Source: Methanobacteriota archaeon (GTDB lineage Archaea; Thermoplasmatota; Thermoplasmata; RBG-16-68-12). From it: a DNA stretch of 14,554 bases. The notes beneath the pieces were generated by a model, which had not been told where the DNA came from, searched no databases, and saw only the letters and a program-made list of their open reading frames with translations. This document shows, piece after piece, positions 1 to 8,938 of the stretch. The stretch's first letter is position 1; each line of letters opens with the position of its first letter. Both the position numbers and the translations under genes were made by a program. The stretch spans positions 1 to 14,554 of the forward strand of contig VBMI01000078.1 of NCBI GenBank assembly GCA_005878955.1, written 5' to 3'.

Positions 1-580
1 TGACGGCCATGTGGCCCACACCGCCCAGGCCCATGACGGCGACTTGGTCGCCTGGCTTGCAGCCGAATTGTCGCAGGGGCGAGTATGTCGTGATTCCCGC
101 GCACATCAGCGGCGCGGCGCGCGAGGGATCCAGCCCCTTCGGGATTCGAAACACGTAGCGCTCGTCGACGACCATGCTCGCCGAATACCCTCCATAGGTC
201 CGAGCCTTCCGGTCCTGCTCGAGGCTGTCAAACGTGAACGTGGCACCTTTTTCGCAGAACATCTCGTGGCCGGCGCGGCATTGCGCGCAGGCGCGGCACG
301 AATCGACGAAGCAGCCCACCCCGATGAGGTCGCCCTCGCGATAGCGGGATGCGCTGGCCCCTTGCGAGACGACCCGGCCGACAATCTCGTGGCCTGGTAC
401 GATCGGGAACTGCGTGTTCCCCCAGTCGTCGTTCACCTTGTGCACGTCGCTGTGGCAAATGCCACAATAGAGAATTTCAATCTCGATGTCGTGCGGTCCC
501 GGTTCGCGTCGCTCGATTGTCATGGGCGCAACCGGCGCCTTGGCGGCGCGGGCGCCATAGGCAGGAGTCTTCTGGGTCAT
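1..580 (-). CDS. Zn-dependent NAD(P)-alcohol dehydrogenase (MDR family, YahK/cinnamyl-ADH-like). Only the N-terminal ~193 codons are present; the 3' end lies beyond the left edge of the window.
   Basis: Not in the supplied ORF track because the frame leaves the window without a stop. My reverse-complement translation from the ATG at complement 580..578 reads MTQKTPAYGARAAKAPVAPMTIERREPGPHDIEIEILYCGICHSDVHKVNDDWGNTQFPIVPGHEIVGRVV...GCFVDSCRACAQCRAGHEMFCEKG...KPGDQVAVMGLGGVGHMAV. It carries the catalytic-Zn motifs CGICHSD and GHEIVG, a structural-Zn Cys cluster and a GLGGVGH Rossmann motif. The track ORF 11..607(+) is its antisense shadow. Confidence 0.85.
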   Translation of the reverse strand, partial: MTQKTPAYGARAAKAPVAPMTIERREPGPHDIEIEILYCGICHSDVHKVNDDWGNTQFPIVPGHEIVGRVVSQGASASRYREGDLIGVGCFVDSCRACAQCRAGHEMFCEKGATFTFDSLEQDRKARTYGGYSASMVVDERYVFRIPKGLDPSRAAPLMCAGITTYSPLRQFGCKPGDQVAVMGLGGVGHMAV

Positions 581-712
581 GGCCAAGGGAGAACCGCGCC
601 CGGGTAAGACTCTTGTGCACCTGGGCTGGGGGATCCGCTCAAACGAGGGCGGCGCTTCAATAGAACGCATCCAGTAAAGCAGAAGGCCGAGCGCCCCCTC
701 AGGGCCGTCGAC

Positions 713-1243
713 ATGGCCGAGCCGATCATCCCCGAGGCGCCTCCTGCGACCGGAACCCCGCGACTCCGGTTCGTGGTCCAGAAACACTGGGCTCGGAACC
801 TCCACTATGACTTCCGACTGGAAATTGGCACGGCCCTCGTCTCGTGGGCGGTGCCGAAGGGGCCATCCAAAGATCCGGAGGTGAAGCGCCTCGCGATTCG
901 TGTTGACGACCACCCGCTCGACTACCTTCTGTTCGAGGGATCCCTCCCTGAAGGTGACTACGGAGCCGGCGAGGTCATAGTCTGGGACTATGGCGAATTT
1001 GCGGTGGTCGGACCTGGTGAACAGGACGCGGCAGGAGCGCTCAACGACGGCGTCGTGCGATTCACTTTGTATGGCAGAAAACTCCGAGGACAATGGACAA
1101 TCATAAAGACGAGAATGGGACAGGGAAAACGCGAGAATTGGCTCTTGCAGAAGATGCGTGACGAATTCGCTCAGGCGGGTTACGACCCTGAAACCGAGCC
1201 GGCTTCCGCATTGTCCGGCAACGTCCCACGAAGTCCGCGTTGA
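713..1243 (+). CDS. Stand-alone LigD-type 3'-phosphoesterase (PE) domain protein
   Basis: The 176-aa ORF contains RFVVQKHWARNLHYDFRLE...SWAVPKGPS...DDHPLDYLLFEGSLPEGDYGAGEVIVWDYG. This matches the His/Asp-rich signature of the DNA ligase D phosphoesterase domain. It has no ligase or polymerase module. Confidence 0.85.
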   Translation: MAEPIIPEAPPATGTPRLRFVVQKHWARNLHYDFRLEIGTALVSWAVPKGPSKDPEVKRLAIRVDDHPLDYLLFEGSLPEGDYGAGEVIVWDYGEFAVVGPGEQDAAGALNDGVVRFTLYGRKLRGQWTIIKTRMGQGKRENWLLQKMRDEFAQAGYDPETEPASALSGNVPRSPR

Positions 1244-1266
1244 CGTCTTTCGCTTCGCGCTGTAGA

Positions 1267-1272
1267 TTTTTT
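1267..1272 (+). terminator. Oligo-T tract, a possible archaeal-type terminator after the PE gene
   Basis: A TTTTTT run sits about 25 nt downstream of the stop at 1241-1243, in the convergent spacer 1244-1398. T-runs are otherwise very rare in this window. Confidence 0.3.
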
Positions 1273-1398
1273 CCCCCTCACGAGAGCAGCGGGCTCGGAG
1301 ACGGTGGACGAATACTGCGGGCCGCGTGATCCTAGGCTGACGCCGATTCCAGTCGTTAAGACAGCGACGGGCCCTGCCCCATCGAGCACGTGGAACTC

Positions 1399-1827
1399 CT
1401 ATCGCTCGGGCGGAGGCGATGGGCGGCGGACGAACGGCGTCTGTTGATGGAGCGAGAGCTTCCAAGCGTCGCCGTGGCGGGAGTACACGCTCGTCATCAG
1501 CGCCTCGTACATGGGCCGCTCCGGTCGGCTCGCGATCGCGCGGTACGTCACGATCGCGCTACGGTCGCCCACGGGCAGCACGCGGGCGTCCTCGATGCGA
1601 TAGTCCGTCCAGGGTCGTTCTGCCGCGATCGCAGCGACGCTCTCCCGTTTCGTCATCACCGTGCCCGGGAAAACCATCAGCGCGTCATCGGTCATGAGGT
1701 CGTCGTAGAACCTTGCCCCGTTGACGGAGCAGAGCGCGTCCCAGCCGCGTCGCTCCAGGTCCAGAAGGTCTTGACGCAGCGCGTCCCGGTCAGTCATCTC
1801 CTCAGGTCCCTTCCCAGTCTGTTTCAT
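1399..1827 (-). CDS. SnoaL-like/DUF4440 (NTF2-fold) protein
   Basis: The 142-aa ORF shows the pattern ERRGWDAL...FYDDLMTDDALMVFPG...AIVTYRA...TSVYSRHGDAWKLSLHQQTP, typical of small NTF2-like/DUF4440 proteins. It starts 6 nt after the msrB stop on the same strand, so the two are probably an operon. An alternative start is M11 at 1797. Confidence 0.6.
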   Translation of the reverse strand: MKQTGKGPEEMTDRDALRQDLLDLERRGWDALCSVNGARFYDDLMTDDALMVFPGTVMTKRESVAAIAAERPWTDYRIEDARVLPVGDRSAIVTYRAIASRPERPMYEALMTSVYSRHGDAWKLSLHQQTPFVRRPSPPPER

Positions 1828-1833
1828 TCCGAA

Positions 1834-2220
1834 TCACGCTCGGCGGAAGGTGAGGGATGCAGAGTTGATGCAGTATCGCAACCCTGTCGGCCGGGGGCCG
1901 TCGTCGAACACGTGCCCCAGGTGAGAGCCGCACCTGGCGCACGTGACCTCGATCCGGCGCATGAACAGGCTGCGATCCGCCGTCTCAAGCACGCTCTCCT
2001 TCTGGGCCGGCGCCGAGAAACTCGGCCAGCCCGTACCGGAGTCGAACTTCGTCTCGGAGGCGAACAGCGTCTGCCCGCAGACGACGCACGCGTAGACCCC
2101 GGGATCGTGGTTGTCCCAGTACTCCCCAGTGAAGGGTCGCTCGGTCGACTTGTTGACGCAAACCTCGTATTGCAACGGCGTCAGCTCGCGCCGGAGCTTC
2201 TCCTTGTCGAGGGTCTCCAC
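1834..2220 (-). CDS. msrB: Peptide-methionine (R)-S-oxide reductase MsrB
   Basis: The 128-aa ORF has the two zinc CxxC pairs (CVVCG, CARCG), GTGWPSF, HLGHVF and the catalytic RYCINS motif. Confidence 0.95.
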   Translation of the reverse strand: METLDKEKLRRELTPLQYEVCVNKSTERPFTGEYWDNHDPGVYACVVCGQTLFASETKFDSGTGWPSFSAPAQKESVLETADRSLFMRRIEVTCARCGSHLGHVFDDGPRPTGLRYCINSASLTFRRA

Positions 2221-2244
2221 GAGAAGGAACGCGCCCCCGGAGGA

Positions 2245-2255
2245 CTTAAGGTTTT
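2245..2255 (-). promoter_or_regulatory. TATA-like box for msrB
   Basis: The minus strand reads AAAACCTTAAG, centred about 30 nt upstream of the msrB ATG at 2220. This AT-rich element is isolated in GC-rich spacer, consistent with a short-leader or leaderless archaeal promoter. Confidence 0.35.
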
Positions 2256-2334
2256 GGCCGGCGAAAGCGTCGGAGCCCCCCGAGCCTCACCCACTCCGTG
2301 ACGACGGCGGGATACCACAGTATTTGAACTAATG

Positions 2335-2357
2335 TTTAAATAACAATACGGTTATAC
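2335..2357 (+). promoter_or_regulatory. TATA-like box plus a downstream CGGTTATA element upstream of the VOC gene
   Basis: The sequence is TTTAAATAAC-AATA-CGGTTATAC, ending 22 nt before the ATG at 2379. The same bipartite arrangement occurs at the sufB promoter (2915-2936). Confidence 0.4.
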
Positions 2358-2378
2358 GCCGGTGCCGAGAGTGCAACC

Positions 2379-2789
2379 ATGATCGAAAAACTGACCCACG
2401 TGCCCATCGTCGTGAGCGACCAGGAGGAGGCTCTCCGGTTCTACACGGGCGTCCTCGGGTTTGAGAAGCGCGCGGACTACCAACAACCCGGCAACCCCCG
2501 CTGGCTCACCGTCGCGCCCAAGGGGACGGACATCGAGCTGATCCTCGTCGAAGGCGAGTACAAGCTCGATCCCCGCGCCCCAGCGGCGGCGGACAGCGGC
2601 GGCAACCATTGGGTCTTCAAGACAAACGACTGCCGGAAGGACTTCGAGGTCCTCAAGGCGCGCGGCGTGAAGTTCAAGGACTCCGCCCCCGTCGAAAACT
2701 GGTACGGTATCGCCGCGTACTTCACGGACCCGTTCGGGAACCACATCTCCCTGCTCCAGCCGAGTCCCACGCCCCCAAGGAAGGGCTGA
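2379..2789 (+). CDS. VOC (glyoxalase/bleomycin-resistance/dioxygenase fold) family protein
   Basis: The 136-aa ORF contains LTHVPIVVSDQEEALRFYTGVLGFEK...YFTDPFGNHISLLQ, the typical VOC beta-alpha-beta-beta-beta module pattern. Confidence 0.85.
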   Translation: MIEKLTHVPIVVSDQEEALRFYTGVLGFEKRADYQQPGNPRWLTVAPKGTDIELILVEGEYKLDPRAPAAADSGGNHWVFKTNDCRKDFEVLKARGVKFKDSAPVENWYGIAAYFTDPFGNHISLLQPSPTPPRKG

Positions 2790-2914
2790 GGCACCCGGAC
2801 TGGCCCCGGGGCCCCGCGAAAGTCCGCCACGAACGTTCTCGCGGCCATCGCGCCCGGTGAGGAAGTCGTCACTGGCGGGGAGGACACTTCACATCGGGAG
2901 ACGCGCTACACAAC

Positions 2915-2936
2915 ATATTTATAACGCGGTTATATG
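2915..2936 (+). promoter_or_regulatory. sufB promoter: a TATA-like box overlapping the perfect palindrome TATAAC-GCG-GTTATA
   Basis: ATATTTATAACGCGGTTATATG is the only AT-rich island between the VOC gene and sufB. The palindrome spans 2920-2934. The CGGTTATA at 2927-2934 is identical to the one at 2349-2356. Confidence 0.45.
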
Positions 2937-2993
2937 GGAAAGGTTGGGCGCGGGCCGAGGGCCTTGTAGGGGCCCGCGTTCGGAGTGTCGCGC

Positions 2994-4442
<1,449 letters not shown>

Positions 4443-4456
4443 GCCGACCCTGAGGT

Positions 4457-4461
4457 GGAGG
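4457..4461 (+). promoter_or_regulatory. Shine-Dalgarno-like site for sufC
   Basis: A GGAGG within GAGGTGGAGGA lies 9 nt upstream of the ATG at 4471. Confidence 0.5.
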
Positions 4462-4470
4462 AAAGGTACA

Positions 4471-5264
4471 ATGGCGCTGCTCGAAGTCAAGGGGTTGCGC
4501 GCGAAGGTCGGCGACAAGGAGATCCTCCGGGGGGTCGACCTCACCGTGAACCTCGGAGAGGTCCACGCGATCATGGGCCCGAACGGGTCCGGGAAGAGCA
4601 CCCTCGCGAACGTCCTCGCGGGTCGCGTGAACTACGAGGTCATCGGCGGCAAGGTGCTGTACGACGGCAAGGACCTCCTCGCGATGAAGCCGGAGCTCCG
4701 GGCGCGGGAGGGCCTCTTCCTCGCGTTCCAGTACCCCGTGGAGATCCCCGGCGTGGGGAACGCCTACTTCCTGAAGTCTGCGCTGAACTCGATCCGGAGG
4801 CACCGCGGCCAGGAGGAGCTCGACGCGATGGACTTCATGGGCATCGTGACCCAGAAGATGAAGCTCCTCGGGCTCGACGAGAGCTTCCTCGGCCGGTCCC
4901 TGAACGACGGGTTCTCGGGCGGCGAGAAGAAGCGGAACGAGATCTTCCAGATGGCGGTGCTCGAACCCCGCCTCGCCGTCTTGGACGAGACGGACTCGGG
5001 CCTCGACATCGACGCGCTCCGGATCGTGGCGAACGGCGTGAACTCGATGCGGGGGAAGGACCGCGCGATCGTCGTCGTGACGCACTACCAGCGGATCCTG
5101 AACTACATCACCCCGGACTTCGTCCACGTGCTCGTGAACGGGCGGATCGCGAAGTCCGGCGGGAGGGACCTCGCCCTCGAGCTCGAGAAGCGGGGGTACG
5201 GGTGGGTCGAGGAGAGCGTCTCGGGCGCCTCCGCCGCGATCTCACGAGGGAGGACGGGACGTGA
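4471..5264 (+). CDS. sufC: Fe-S cluster assembly ATPase SufC, with an apparent frame problem at its 3' end. The end coordinate is the out-of-frame TGA that overlaps the sufD start.
   Basis: The protein has Walker A GPNGSGKST, the ABC signature FSGGEKKR, Walker B AVLDETDSGLD, the H-loop VTHY and a typical C-terminal LELEKRGYGWV ending near 5208. The annotated frame has no stop until 6664-6666 (see finding). Confidence 0.85.
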
Positions 5265-6607
5265 CGGACGCCGCGGACCCCCGCCAGCCGTACCTCGCGG
5301 ACTTCCCCCGGCTCGAGCGGGAATTCTACAAGGACGACCCCGCGTGGCTGCGGGACACCCGCCGGAACGCGCTCGCAAGGTTCCAGGAGCTGGGGTTCCC
5401 CACCCTGAAGGACGAGATGTGGAAGTACACGAACGTCGCCCCGATCGCGCGGACCCGGTTCACGCCCGCGATCGCCATCCCAGGGAACGGGCTCCCCCCG
5501 GAGAAGCTCGAGCCCGTCGTGTTCGGGAAGTACGAAGGGAGCGAGCTCGTGTTCGTGAACGGCCGCTTCTCCCGCGCCCTGTCGTCCCTCCGGAACGTGC
5601 CCGACGGGGCATCCGTGGGGAGCCTCGCCCAGGCCCTCCGGGAGGAGCCCGCGGCCCTCGAGCCCCACCTCGCCAAAACCGCCCCCTTCGACGCGAACCC
5701 GTTCACCGCCCTCAACACCGCGTTCCTCCAGGACGGCGCGTTCATCCGGGTCCCGAACGGGAAGGTCGTCGAGGACCCGATTCACCTCCTCTTCGTCTCG
5801 ACCTCCCAGCCGGAGCCCGCGGTCGCCTACCCTCGGAACCTCATCGTCCTCGAGGACGGGGCCCGCCTCACGGTCACGGAGAGCTACGCGGGGCTCGACG
5901 CGGGCGTGTACTTCACGAACGCGGTCACGGAGGCGGTCGTCGGGGAGGGCGCAGCCCTCGACCACTACAAGCTCCAGCGGGAGAGCGAGCGGGCGTTCCA
6001 CGTCGCGACCTTGGAGATCGAGCAGGGCCGGGCGAGCAGCGTCTCGGACAACTCGATCGCCCTCGGGGGCGGGCTCGTCCGGAACGACGTGAACCAGCGG
6101 TTCACCGCGGAGGGCGGGGACCTCTCGATGAACGGGCTCTACTCCGTCACCGGGCAGCAGCACGTCGACAACCACACCCGCATCGAGCACCTGACGCCGA
6201 ACTGCGCGAGCCGGGAGCTGTACAAGGGCATCCTCGACGGCCGGGCCCGCGGCGTCTTCTACGGGAACATCATCGTCCACAAGGGGGCGCAGAAGACGAA
6301 CGCGGTCCAGACGAACAAGAACCTGCTGCTCTCCAAGGAGGCCCTCGTGGACAGCATCCCCGGCCTCCAGATCCTCGCGAACGACGTGAAGTGCCGGCAC
6401 GGGTCCACGACGGGACAGCTCGACGAGGACGCCGTGTTCTACCTGCGGTCGCGCGGGATCGACCCGGAGACCGCGCGGAGCGTCCTCACGTACGCGTTCG
6501 CCCGCGAGGTCGTCGACCGGATCCAGGTGCCCGCGATGCGGGCGACCCTCGGCGTGCTGCTCGTGTCGCGGTTGCCGAACAGCGAGGCGGTGCGGGAGGC
6601 CTTATGA
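5261..6607 (+). CDS. sufD: Fe-S cluster assembly protein SufD
   Basis: The 448-aa ORF has a GTG start inside a GTGA tetranucleotide. Its C-terminal beta-helix region reads QKTNAVQTNKNLLLSKEALVDSIPGLQILANDVKCRHGSTTGQLDEDAVFYLRSRGI, which is typical of SufD. Confidence 0.9.
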   Translation: MTDAADPRQPYLADFPRLEREFYKDDPAWLRDTRRNALARFQELGFPTLKDEMWKYTNVAPIARTRFTPAIAIPGNGLPPEKLEPVVFGKYEGSELVFVNGRFSRALSSLRNVPDGASVGSLAQALREEPAALEPHLAKTAPFDANPFTALNTAFLQDGAFIRVPNGKVVEDPIHLLFVSTSQPEPAVAYPRNLIVLEDGARLTVTESYAGLDAGVYFTNAVTEAVVGEGAALDHYKLQRESERAFHVATLEIEQGRASSVSDNSIALGGGLVRNDVNQRFTAEGGDLSMNGLYSVTGQQHVDNHTRIEHLTPNCASRELYKGILDGRARGVFYGNIIVHKGAQKTNAVQTNKNLLLSKEALVDSIPGLQILANDVKCRHGSTTGQLDEDAVFYLRSRGIDPETARSVLTYAFAREVVDRIQVPAMRATLGVLLVSRLPNSEAVREAL

Positions 6608-6653
6608 GCCCCTTTCCGGATATCGCGGGCCAGGGGAGGCGCGGGACGGACCC

Positions 6654-7094
6654 ATGGCGGACCTGAAGGCGCTGTACCAGGAGGTGATCCTGGACCACAG
6701 CAAGAACCCGCGGAACTTCCACAGCCTCCCGGACGCGGACCGGACCGCCGTGGGCCGCAACCCGCTGTGCGGGGACCAGTTCACCGTGTACCTCCGGATG
6801 GACGGCGACACGATCGTCGACATCGGGTTCGAGGGCCAGGGGTGCGCGATCTCGAAGTCGTCCGCCTCGATGATGACCCAGGCGGTGAAGGGGAAGACCG
6901 GCGTCGAGGCGGAGGGGCTCTTCGACCGGTTCCACGAGCTCGTCACCGGGAAGCCCGCGGAGCCGGAAGCGCTCGGGAAGCTCGCGGTCTTCTCGGGTGT
7001 GTCCGAGTTCCCGATCCGGGTCAAGTGCGCGAGCCTCGCGTGGCACACCCTGAAGGCGGCCCTCGAGGCGAAGGGCGCGATCTCAATGGAGTGA
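6654..7094 (+). CDS. sufU: SufU/IscU-like sulfur-transfer and scaffold protein
   Basis: The 146-aa ORF contains YQEVILDHSKNPRN, NPLCGD, GQGCAISKSSASMM and RVKCASLAW, the Cys/Asp ligand pattern of SufU-type NifU-family proteins. Confidence 0.9.
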   Translation: MADLKALYQEVILDHSKNPRNFHSLPDADRTAVGRNPLCGDQFTVYLRMDGDTIVDIGFEGQGCAISKSSASMMTQAVKGKTGVEAEGLFDRFHELVTGKPAEPEALGKLAVFSGVSEFPIRVKCASLAWHTLKAALEAKGAISME

Positions 7095-7173
7095 GGGGAT
7101 GAGACCGACGCACGGCCGGAGGATTCATGGGGAAGGGTTCGTATCGCCGGGGCGCACCGGGTAGGGGACAGCG

Positions 7174-8421
7174 ATGGCGACGAAGACGGAACTCCTGATG
7201 GACGTGGGGAAGGTCCGGGAGGACTTCCCGATCCTGAAGCGGACGGTCCACGGCAAGCCGCTCGTGTACCTCGACAGCGCCGCGACCTCCCAGAAGCCGA
7301 GGCAGGTGATCGACGCCGTCTCCGACTTCTTCAGCCGGTACAACGCGAACGTCCACCGGGCGATCTATGAGCTCGGGGAGGAGGCGACGCGGGAGTACGA
7401 GGGCGCGCGGGAGAAGGTCGCGGGGTTCATCCACGCCCGCTCCCCGAACGAGGTCGCGTTCACGAAGTCGACGACGGAGAGCCTGAACGCGATCGCGTAC
7501 GGCTGGGGGCTCAAGGGGAAGCTGCGGGAGGGGGACGAGATCGTCTCCACGGTGATGGAGCACCACTCGAACCACGTCCCATGGTTCTTCGTCCAGGACC
7601 TGAAGGGCGTGAAGCTGAAGTGGGTCGGGATGACGGACGACGGCCTCCTGAAGATGGAGGACTACGACACGATGATCACGAAGCGGACGAAGGTCGTCAC
7701 GGTCACGCAGTGCTCGAACGTCCTCGGGACGATCAACCCGGTCCAGGAGATCGCGAAGCGGGCCCACGAGGCCGGGGCGATCTGCGTCGTCGACGCGGCC
7801 CAGAGCGTCCCTCACATGCCCGTCGACGTCCAGAAGATCGGGTGCGACTTCCTCGCGTTCAGCGGGCACAAGATGCTCGGGCCGACGGGGATCGGCGTCC
7901 TCTATGGGACAGAGGAGCGGCTGAACGAGATGGAGCCCCTGATGGGCGGGGGCGAGATGGTCCGCGAGGTCCACCTCGGGTCCGCGAAGTGGAACGACAT
8001 CCCGTTCAAGTTCGAGGGCGGGACCCCGAACATGGCGGGCGCCATCGGCCTCGGCGTCGCCGTGGACTACCTGGACGGGATCGGGATGGACCGCGTCCGG
8101 CGGCACGAGAAGGAGCTCACTAAATACGCCCTCGAGGCCCTGTCCGACGTGAAGGGGTTCCACGGGTTCGGGCTCGACGACGTGGAGCGGCGGGGGGGCG
8201 TGATCTCGTTCACCCTCGGGGACGTCCACCCGCACGACATCGCGTCGATCCTCGACGTCGAGGGGATCGCGATCCGCTCCGGCCACCACTGCGCGCAGCC
8301 CCTCATGGAGCGCCTGAACGTCCCCGCGACCGCGCGGGCGTCGTTCTACGTGTACAACACGCCCGAGGAAGTCGACCGCCTCGCGGCGGGCCTCCGGAAG
8401 GTGTTGGACGTCTTCGCGTAG
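7174..8421 (+). CDS. sufS: Cysteine desulfurase SufS (class II aminotransferase V)
   Basis: The 415-aa ORF contains YLDSAATSQKP, the HHSN motif, the PLP-lysine motif SGHKMLGPTGIGVLYG and the catalytic Cys loop RSGHHCAQPL. Confidence 0.95.
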   Translation: MATKTELLMDVGKVREDFPILKRTVHGKPLVYLDSAATSQKPRQVIDAVSDFFSRYNANVHRAIYELGEEATREYEGAREKVAGFIHARSPNEVAFTKSTTESLNAIAYGWGLKGKLREGDEIVSTVMEHHSNHVPWFFVQDLKGVKLKWVGMTDDGLLKMEDYDTMITKRTKVVTVTQCSNVLGTINPVQEIAKRAHEAGAICVVDAAQSVPHMPVDVQKIGCDFLAFSGHKMLGPTGIGVLYGTEERLNEMEPLMGGGEMVREVHLGSAKWNDIPFKFEGGTPNMAGAIGLGVAVDYLDGIGMDRVRRHEKELTKYALEALSDVKGFHGFGLDDVERRGGVISFTLGDVHPHDIASILDVEGIAIRSGHHCAQPLMERLNVPATARASFYVYNTPEEVDRLAAGLRKVLDVFA

Positions 8422-8461
8422 GCGCCCCGCCACGGTTCGAGCGGGCTCGAAGGCGGATTCG

Positions 8462-8938
8462 ATGGAGCCGAAATCCCCCGCGGGAGCCGAGGTTTCACCG
8501 TCGGGCGATTCGGCCGTCGTCCAGATCATGAAGGCGGTCGTCGACTCGATCAAGCGACACGGCGCGGGGGCGTACCCCGAGGAGGGGTGCGGCTTCCTGA
8601 TTGGACCGGACGCGGCCCCGCGGCGGATCGACGAGTTCCGCGCCGCGACGAACATCGAGACCGAGGGCCGCGCCCTGCGCTACCGCGTGGACCCGAGGGA
8701 GACCCTCGCGGTGACGAAGGCCCTCTCGGGAACGGGACGGGAGATCCTTGGGTTCTACCACTCGCACCCCGACCACCCGGCGCGACCGTCTGTCACAGAC
8801 CTCGAACGCGGGTTCACATGGTACACGTACGTGATCGTCGCGGTGGAGAAAGGGAGGCCCGTGGACCTGCGGGCGTGGGGCCTCGAGGAGCGGGAGGAGC
8901 GGCGGGCGTTCCGGGAGGTCGGGATTGAACTGGTCTAG
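8462..8938 (+). CDS. Small JAMM/MPN+ metalloprotease (Mec/prokaryotic JAB type)
   Basis: It has a complete JAMM motif: the Glu in YPEEGCGFLIG, then GFYHSHPDHPARPSVTD (HxH-x7-S-xx-D). An alternative start is the ATG at 8528. It sits 40 nt after the sufS stop. Confidence 0.9.
   Translation: MEPKSPAGAEVSPSGDSAVVQIMKAVVDSIKRHGAGAYPEEGCGFLIGPDAAPRRIDEFRAATNIETEGRALRYRVDPRETLAVTKALSGTGREILGFYHSHPDHPARPSVTDLERGFTWYTYVIVAVEKGRPVDLRAWGLEEREERRAFREVGIELV

Noticed and set aside
4471-6666. The 731-aa ORF taken at face value as one giant SufC-derived protein, or as a product of programmed frameshifting
   Set aside because: Beyond about residue 246 the sequence is low-complexity Arg/Pro/Gly-rich text, typical of reading a GC-rich gene (sufD) out of frame. 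A bona fide SufD is encoded in another frame over the same DNA. No slippery heptamer is visible in 5209-5261.
8436-8451. The TTCGAG-CGGG-CTCGAA hairpin after the sufS stop as a terminator separating the suf genes from the JAMM gene
   Set aside because: It is only 6 bp and has no following T-tract. The downstream JAMM gene has no TATA-like box of its own, so read-through from sufS seems more likely.
7021-8655. The 544-aa minus-strand ORF antisense to sufS. Similar long ORFs are 5108..6400(-), 3696..4601(-), 4417..5127(-), 10047..11228(-), 10646..11785(-), 8814..9557(-), 2919..3473(-), 1390..2301(+), 3143..4081(+), 9041..9925(+) and 11..607(+).
   Set aside because: All are Arg/Pro/Gly/Asp/Glu-rich with no recognisable motifs. 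Each overlaps a well-supported gene in another frame or on the other strand. Stop-free shadow frames are expected at this GC content.
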